From Tubulanus polymorphus (lineage: Eukaryota; Animalia; Nemertea): a DNA stretch of 64,000 bases. A program made the position numbers and the translations under genes. The notes under the pieces are model-generated. The model was not told the origin of the DNA and did not search any database. It worked only from the letters and a program-made list of their open reading frames with translations. Shown piece by piece: positions 55,470 through 64,000 of the stretch (the stretch's first letter is position 1; each line of letters starts with the position of its first letter). The stretch covers positions 19,552,210 to 19,616,209 of the forward strand of contig NC_134030.1 in the NCBI RefSeq assembly GCF_964204645.1, written 5' to 3'.

Positions 55470-57465
55470 ACGAGGACGACGTGAAATCCACTAACATTCT
55501 TTCCTTGATCAATTCTTCGCTAAATCGGGGGATACCGGCACCGCTACTGTACATTCATAAAGATCCGCTAGATGATTTGTTTGGAAATTTTCAGGTTTCA
55601 AGTCCCCACTTCAGGTAAACCAATTCTCACTGCGGATAACCTATCTTTCACCATTAGGTGTGTACCGGTACCCCAACAGGGATCTGAATTAATTTCATCT
55701 GTGTTAATATAACCCAAGTCAGATTTGAACGTTGAAAATACATCGTCTCTTAGCAAAACTCACCACCGCTCATCCATCGACCCGCATGACGCGTCGGTGC
55801 TCAACAGGGAACCAGAGACATGATTAAGGAGAGGCATTGGGAAAGCCATACAGACGAGGTCCTTATTCTAATTGGGAGTCGACGCCAGCTCCCCCTTGCA
55901 GAACAATTAAACGATAACTATACACATGCATGGGTTTGGATTGAAAGCGGTGTTGAGTTATTTTGGTTCAAAATTCGTGGATTTTCAACGGTCAAATCAT
56001 ATATTATTTTCACTGCAATACTGTCTCTCTCATATTCGCATTTTGTTCCGTATGAAAAATAAAAGTATTCTGTTTAACGGCATTACGGTCGTCTTAGTTT
56101 CATCGATGCTCCGCAGTTCCGTTTATGCCTCGTTCGCACGAATTGGAATCTTCTTTATCTCGTTTTTCCAACAAAACATCAGTAATTCAGTACGAGAACA
56201 CCAGGTGGCACTGAAGCCAGCGTAGTATTCCATTTACGTGAAATATAGTGAGTTTCGTTTAACAACATACACCTTTTCTGCTTTAAAATGATAATCGATG
56301 TACAATCGTGTTTCTAAAGCCGGGCGTAGGTCGGCCTGGCGACGGCTTGCGACTCACTGCGACCGCCAGCGACGATCGCGTCGCAACGACCAACCGACCT
56401 ACGCTACCTTGCGATTACCAGCGACGGGTTGCGACTGCCAGCGACGCCTGTCGCAATGAGTCGCACATGTTCTACTTTCTGCGACGCGACGCGACCGTCG
56501 CAACCGACCTACGCACTCTCGCGACTGTGGTCGCTCGCTGACAATCGCGTCGCAACCGACTTACGCCCCCACTTGTGACGCAACGCGACGGTCGACATCA
56601 CGCTGGATTGATTTACGGTTTGTCAAAAAGAGTTTGGGTTGTGACTGACTGAATATGAGTTTGACTAGATGTAGAATTTTGCACACAGGAATAAAAAGTC
56701 ATACGTAGAAGTATTTGTTCCTGAAACGTCTGTATTTAGAAATCTTTTCATTTAACTTTGATTGAAAATATCGACTACTTTTAGATATATGCCACATCGA
56801 ACAACGCTCGAAGACTGTCTAACAAACAAAATTTAATAATGTTAGGTTTTTGTTTATATGTTGGCGGTTGGTCAGGATTTTGGATGCTTTTTAAGTATTT
56901 GGTTAAAAGGGCCATCAACGAATACAGAGTTTATAGAGTTACATGGCCCCCATCAACTGGAAAACTAAATGAAGTAAATAGGCATTCATCATTTTCCACT
57001 AAAGTCTATTTGAAAAAGTAATATGTGATGACGAAATTTTATCGAATATGAAATTGAAGATTTAGATATTTTCTGAAATCTGAAAGCGGTAAAAACTCTC
57101 GATTGTTTGAATTTTTCATTCATGGTGCAGAATTTATGTTGATAGAAATTGCATTTAACTCAAAAATTCAACTGTTACTCATTTCTTTTCGCAACTATCC
57201 GTGATAGAAGATATTTAAATTGATGCTTTTATGATATGGATATATAGCACTCCTAGTGTGTATTTAAAGTACTACGTGGTAATGAGTACTCAGAATAAAT
57301 CAGATATCCATAAATATATGAGTTAAAATAATTGTTTAAGTGATGTGAAGCGAATTCAAGAGCGAAATCGCGGAAAGGAGTCTGGTGAAAACATATGTAT
57401 TTCGACTGAAGAATATTTAAGCTATTTCGATAAGTGCCTAAAGGTAATATCGACTGACAAATGTT

Positions 57466-60400
57466 TTAGCGAGTTTTCGAAGTCCGTTTATTTCTAGCCC
57501 GAATCGATTTAACATCAATAGTGAGGATGGTGTAAAGAAGTGGATTCAGTGACGAGTTGATCGGTAGGAAAAGTACCGCCAACCAAGCCGCCACTTGGTT
57601 CGGTATTTCTACTCGCAATACAGCGCAAAACTGAACGATAATTATCGGTAACCAGCAAAATGAATTACACAGATTTATCACTAAACTCCTACGTGCCAGA
57701 ATCAATTCGGTAGGATCAGCTCTACCCGAGCCGGACCTGCTTCCAGATACGAGTCTATACATCTGTGCATACGTCATCATTATTGTAGCAAGTACGACCG
57801 AGTTAAACACGGCAAAAATAGCGAATGAGTATTGCCAGGCGTGGACATCGATGGTCAGTAAATTCATAGGTAGACAAACACCAGTTGTGCCGTAAAAGTT
57901 ATATCCGAAGTAAGAAGATGACGATAGCGGTAGCATTGAAACGATGCTTAAAATGACCCAACAAATGCAGCAAATGCCGGATACAGATTTCGAAGATATG
58001 ATTGGGCTTCCTGAAAATGGATCGACGATATTTGAGTACCTTTGAAGGGTAAGAATGAGGAGAAAAGTCAAAGATCCCTCGCACGAAATCGTCAATGTAA
58101 TCCCGGCGAGTCGACACGATAAACTATCTGTCCAACTTTCCGAATTCAGGAAATATGAACCTTTATAGACGTAATCGGCTCCTGCGATCAGAAACAGATA
58201 AATCGACATCAGGAAATCACAGGTGGCAATATTAATGATGAGGATATCAGAGGATGTATTACGTGATTCGGAGGAAGCATTTCGAAACTTTTGTATGCGA
58301 AGTAAAATGACAATGATGTTCGCAAAAAAGCTGAATGAAGCGATCACCCAAATGATTGCTCTAAGAACAGTGTTACCCATCAGGTCGGAACAAGAAGAAA
58401 ATTGGTCGGCTTCCGGGAGACACTGGTCAACATTCGGAACCATGCAACAAAATTTGTACGCGTCAGAAGTCAAAGTACTTAATGCTAAAAGACTGTCGAA
58501 AATGTTTTTATCTACGGTTATGACTTTTGAATTTTTGGTTAGATCAAGATTTCTAAGTTTTGATAACCCTTCAAACGCATTTGGTGAAATATATCTAATT
58601 CTGTTACTGCTGATATTCAACGACTCTAAAGCGGATAAACCACTGAACACGTTTTCACCGAGTAACGACAAGGAAAGTCCGTGAAGATCGAGATCTCTAA
58701 CTGACTTTAAGCCATCAAAACTGCCTTCTCCTAAATATCTCACTGGATTTCCAAAAATCAAAAGCTTTTTCAAACTATACAAACCGGCGAATGTATTAGC
58801 GGACAATGATATTATGCGGTTATATGTAAGATCTAATGTATGTAGATTATGCAGGTTTGAGAACGAGTTTGGAACAATATAAGACAAATTGTTACGTGAA
58901 ATATTAAGGAAATGTAGATAGAGGTAAGAAAAAAACGTAGATTCATTGAATACAACTCGGTTTCGTGATAAAATCAGAACTCGAGTTGATGCTGAGAAAA
59001 TGCCAGTAATTTCTGCCAGATCTGCATGATCGCAATCGACTAAATAGCCTTGGCATTTACAATATTTTGGACACTTGACATTACAGTATGACTCGTCATC
59101 AGTGGTATGTTTACAATTGACAACACCGTCACAAACTTCATATTGAGGTATACATCGGTTTTCCTGGCCACATTTGAACATGCCGGGACACGACAAAGTC
59201 TCGCAGTTTCGCTCGTCTTCTGAATTAGGACAATCGGATCGACCATCGCACACCTGTCCCATCGGTATACAGTAAGATGCTGGACATTTAACAGTACCAG
59301 CTGGACATTTGAAATCAGTACAACCTTGTATATGCTCGAGCCTTCTACATACCGGGTAACCAATCGGCATCCTTTCTAAAATGCATCTGTGACGTCTAGA
59401 ATAACAATGAGGAGATTCAAAAGAACATCTTTGTTCATCAGATTTCGTACATAAGTTTGTGAAATTAGTCGTGCAGTAGTTCTCCGTAGTGCACTGAATA
59501 TTCGGGTTAACAGTTATATTTGTGACTATTTCATCTTCTTCGAGGTCCCCACCACAATCAACAACACCATCGCGATACAACAGAGAACTGATACATTCAC
59601 CATTTACACACAGAAACCCGTTACATTCATCTGAAGAGCAGCCGATCTCATCAGATTTATCTTTACAATCAACCAGTCCATCACATCGTTTATATCTACC
59701 TACACATTGTCTATTGTTGCACTTAAACTGTTCAGAGGAACATGAAGTATGATAGCACGAGTTCTCATCTGATCCGTCAGCGCAATCTCGTACAAAATCG
59801 CACAAATTACTAACAGATATAACTTCTCCATCGGTACAGTGGAACTGACTCTGTAAGATTGATTTCGAACAATCGAGTTCATCATCACCGTGTTGACAGT
59901 CGTTTCTGGTATCACATACGCGATGGTCGCCGATACATCTTTGATCGTTACATTCAAATTGCCACGATTTACAACCACTTATAGAAGCCAACTCTTCACC
60001 AGTTACATTATAGGAACATAGCACGGAATGCGCTACATCTGTGATATTATCGAAGGCAGTCACTGACCATTTCACCGTTTTTATATATGTCATCTCATCT
60101 CTGGTCAAAACTGGATTCAGAGCAAGAAATTCACTATCCGTAGCCTTCACCAGTATAGCACCATATTGATGTTCATAATGAAATATTTGAATCAAATGTT
60201 GAATTTTACTATCATTGGATACTATACCTATTTCTCCACCAATTGTATGACACATTCTCTCAGCTTCCCGAACTGCCAATCTTTGAGTATCCCAGGCTGT
60301 AAGTATCTGATAGCAATTTCTTTCTAAACCAATCCATCCTTTAGAACATGTTGAGTTTACTGCTTTAAATATCTGAGAACGATAAGTTCCGTTTTTGTTT

Positions 60401-63400
60401 GAAATACTCGACAATTCGTGATTGTTGATAGTTATGTAGTTATTTGCGTCTTTCTCACAAACGAAAGTTGTTCGAGTCTCCTCTATTTGACACGGGAATC
60501 GAACCCAGTTCGCTGATCCTCGTGGATTATTCAGTATCATCGCCGTACACGGCATATTGACGTCATTTATCGGTTGTTTTCGTAGAGGAGATATCAAGCC
60601 TCGTATAACTTCTGGTATCGTTTCGTTTATCATAGCAGGTCTAAACCATTCTGTGTAGCTCAACGGTTTCCTATCAGTCCAAGTGTAGAAACCATCATTC
60701 TGTTGCAAAATAGAAATCAGTTTCATTCATCGAAATGGTTTTAACAGTGTTCACGACGATTAAATTATAGATATCTAACTTGTACTTGATTTCAGTTTAT
60801 TCCACTTAGATTTTGACACAATTTACGTTCAAGATACTATAGAAATCATTTTCAATAATTATGAGAGTTTTTTAGGTATAAGTAGAGAATGCACGAGTGT
60901 CTGAATCTGTATAAAATTTCAAAAACCATTTTCAACAAAGAGAAGTAAACATTTTTATAGTAGACTTTGAAATTACCTGCCATTTCAATCCAATCATCAC
61001 AATCAGCGCCGCATGTGAATACGCCTCCAGGAGAAGTTTAGTAGCGAACAGTTTTTTTACAGCGATAATTTCATCTTGTGAGTTGATACTGAGAAGATGT
61101 CCACCGTATTTCTGTTGACAGTACATTTCAGCGTTCTCCCAGTTCAGACGTTTGTGCTTTATGTATCTTATACACGAAACACCTGAATCTAGAAAATCTG
61201 ATCGGCAGTAACTTATTTCAGGTGTTTGTAAAGGCGATTGTTCTAAAGTGTATTGAATTTGAAATGTTGGGATATAGTTTGTTGCTTCGAAGTAAACGTC
61301 GTGCCCGAGTAGACTGTACAATACAAGTCCAGGTACAGCGTTATTTTCACATATTTTAGTCTCGAGACGATGCAGCCCAAAGCCGATTCCATGATTACCA
61401 GGTTTCAAGATAATCTGTACTAGTAATAGAAGATCTCTGATTGTAAAAATATCAGAAGGGCTACACGAGGCTTGTCCAATATATTTAAACAGGAATCTGA
61501 TGTAATATGAATGTGTATTTGTGGGGTTACGAAATGAATAGAATCGCGATTTACTCCTTTTTGTAAAAAAAGACGGATAGTTCGGTGATTGTACGACTCC
61601 ACATTCCTCTAATACCCACGGGATGACGATGAATGAATTTGAACTGATCATCGGGGAATCTCGATCTGCCTTCAATCCCAAACATTTACGTCGTAGTACT
61701 ATCATTATTGCACTACTCCAGAACCCATAACCACTTCCTTTGAATATCAGATGATTCGATACGAGACTGTTGTTCAATAATCGATTTGTAAGAGTAACAT
61801 AATAACATGTAGTTAAACCGCGGGCACATACGTCAATTTGATATTCATATTCTGATAAAATATAAATGTTTTCTAAAGGAAGGCGCCGGTTTTCGGGTGT
61901 AATCACGAGACAGTGTGACGTCATATTGATCTGATTTTCTCCTTTCCGCAGAACATACCCGTCACAATCAGTAGGAATGAATCCGAGATGCCCAGAGTAA
62001 GGTACATCATTATAAGCGTATCCTACTACAGTAACCGGTCCTCCTGATGTAATCAGACTGACGACGTGACGACCGTACCACATACCACCAGGACAATACG
62101 GACCATAGCGTCTAGCTGTAAAATTACCACCATCATATATATAAAATCCAGCTCTCTCGCACGTCTCTGATAAAACTGTTAGTTTCAATCCATCCTCATA
62201 GATATCAACTTTCTGTTTAGATTCTAAGGTATTTATACGATACATAAATTTTTCCGTCTTCGACCTCGGGAACAGATCCCTGGCAGGCAATCCGTAAATG
62301 GAGCGATACATCTACAAAAATCAATAAATCACCATTAATAGAATTTCGTATCTATGTTATTCTGGATTAATCCATTTTAGAGGTATATTATGTTTTACAA
62401 TTATCAAAGAATATAACCGACATATACTACAAAGAATTCAGTTTTTCATTATGCATGAAATATCCAACGCCAAATAATTGTCGAAAGTAGATCTTAAAAA
62501 ATCTGTCTGGGCCACGCAAAAACTATAGCTCGTTCTTCATCAGTTTTGTTTTCCGCGCGCGTTCGTCAAAAATAGTTCGTCATTAAAAAATAGGAATAAA
62601 AATGCGCATCCCGCATGCCGAAATCTGATTTCGTTTCTCGGATGAAAATAAACGCAAAAGCACGCATCCAGATAAATAATTTCATCACACTTTATACGTG
62701 TTCGTCTTGAGGTCACTACTCAATTGTTACTATGGCAGGTGAGCATTTCGGTAAAGAAGTGCTTTGCAAGCTAATTCAAGGTCGTTGACGCCTACATTTT
62801 CCCGTTTTCAAAGTAGAAAATAGTCGTCCTCGTCACTTTTGCAATTCGGAATGAGGCTTTATATTCCGCTCTTTGTTTCTAAGGGAGGTGCAAATAAAAA
62901 GTCGACGGAATTTTTGATTATGTTTTCGGTCAAATTAAAATCAATATTTCTTATTTTTTAATACAATACAAACTTTCTCTCCGATTTTTGGTTTTTATTT
63001 CCGCGGTTCACGAATTTCACGAGGTTCACGAATTTACATTTAACAATTTAGTTATACAGCATTATCCGAGAAATAATTTTTACTCACCCTGTGTTTGTGG
63101 ACTTGTACGTCTCCTATAGAGATAGATTTTACTTCAAATTCAATTTTTACATTCGATTGTAAAACACCTGATCTTATTAGAACGCACAGTATGACGAGAA
63201 TGTCGTCAGATTTAACACTCAATGATTCCAGGTAGTTGTAACCGAGTAAAATATCAGTTCCTACAACGCGTAACCCTTCTAGTTTATATACACCAATGAC
63301 GTCATCGGATGTGCTGAGATCACGTGTCCAGTTGAAGATGACGTACTGTAACACCTGCACTGTGATAGACCAGCAGTGTAAGTGTTTTGATCGAGTTATT

Positions 63401-64000
63401 ACGTGTAAACTGTTGTCATCAGGAATGAGCACTCCAGACTCGTTATTAGAGATTTGAATTAACGGATTAGAGACGTTCCAATCAGATATTCTATAGATCT
63501 GAATTGATAGTTGTGATATAAGTACGTTTCGCCCAAGTAGCAAACTGATCATAGCTTTGTTTGTCTTAGTATAAAAGGATGAAGGTGGATGCCCGGTTTG
63601 TTCTGGTATTACAGCAATAAGTTCACTGCTATTCCATCCGTCATGAATTTGAACAGTTGCCGCTGGATCAGTGCCGGGATATATTTCGAATTTTATCTGC
63701 GAAAACGTGAAATTCATAGCAAAACCATCCGGGATCCCGATCCATTCCAAATACAATTTACATTGCCATATCAACATAGCAAACTTGTATCCTATCGATG
63801 TTGGTAATTTGTTAATTTTTAAATTGTATTTTGTGCAGTTGTGAATTAATTTCAAATTGTTTCGTTCTAAACGATATGTGATATAAACCCAACTTCCCCG
63901 CGCACCACCGAGGTCACTTCTAAACATCAACGAGATCGAATCGTTACGGCGGATTTCATGTTTTCCTTCGCCGCAGAATCTGTTATCGGACTCACCGACG
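57466..64000 (-). CDS. GRL101-like CUB-CTLD-LDLa-LRR GPCR (copy B; 5' end beyond the window)
   Basis: Exons >64000-63088, 62311-60977 and 60699-57466. Splice sites are conserved and the frames are open. Confidence 0.92.

Larger units (their letters stand above)
45319..64000 (+). repeat. Segmental duplication, copy B (runs off the window)
   Basis: Colinear with 11111-29590, with SNPs and small indels (e.g. ~105 bp extra at ~47066-47170). Confidence 0.97.

Overview
AT-rich eukaryotic DNA with spliceosomal introns; the gene content suggests a marine invertebrate, probably a lophotrochozoan (inference). The window is a cluster of extracellular recognition genes: (i) five copies of a small secreted 4-coding-exon C-type lectin (one partial, then two head-to-head EPS/EPN pairs), mostly missed by the ORF track; (ii) a 117-aa secreted single-WSC-domain gene that sits behind the same upstream module and apparent non-coding first exon as the lectins; (iii) two copies of a 3-exon ~1924-aa GRL101-like receptor (signal peptide-CUB-C-type lectin-LDLa-LRR-7TM), whose amino-acid differences all fall in the ectodomain; (iv) three intronless class A GPCRs. 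Positions 11111-29590 recur at 45319-64000, and that junction coincides with the end of a ~315-bp inverted repeat. Repeats include a LINE 3' fragment, MITEs, two solo LTRs, tRNA-derived SINE heads, minisatellites, (TA)n tracts and Penelope-type terminal repeats with minimal hammerhead ribozyme cores. All gene models, alignments and counts were made by eye.
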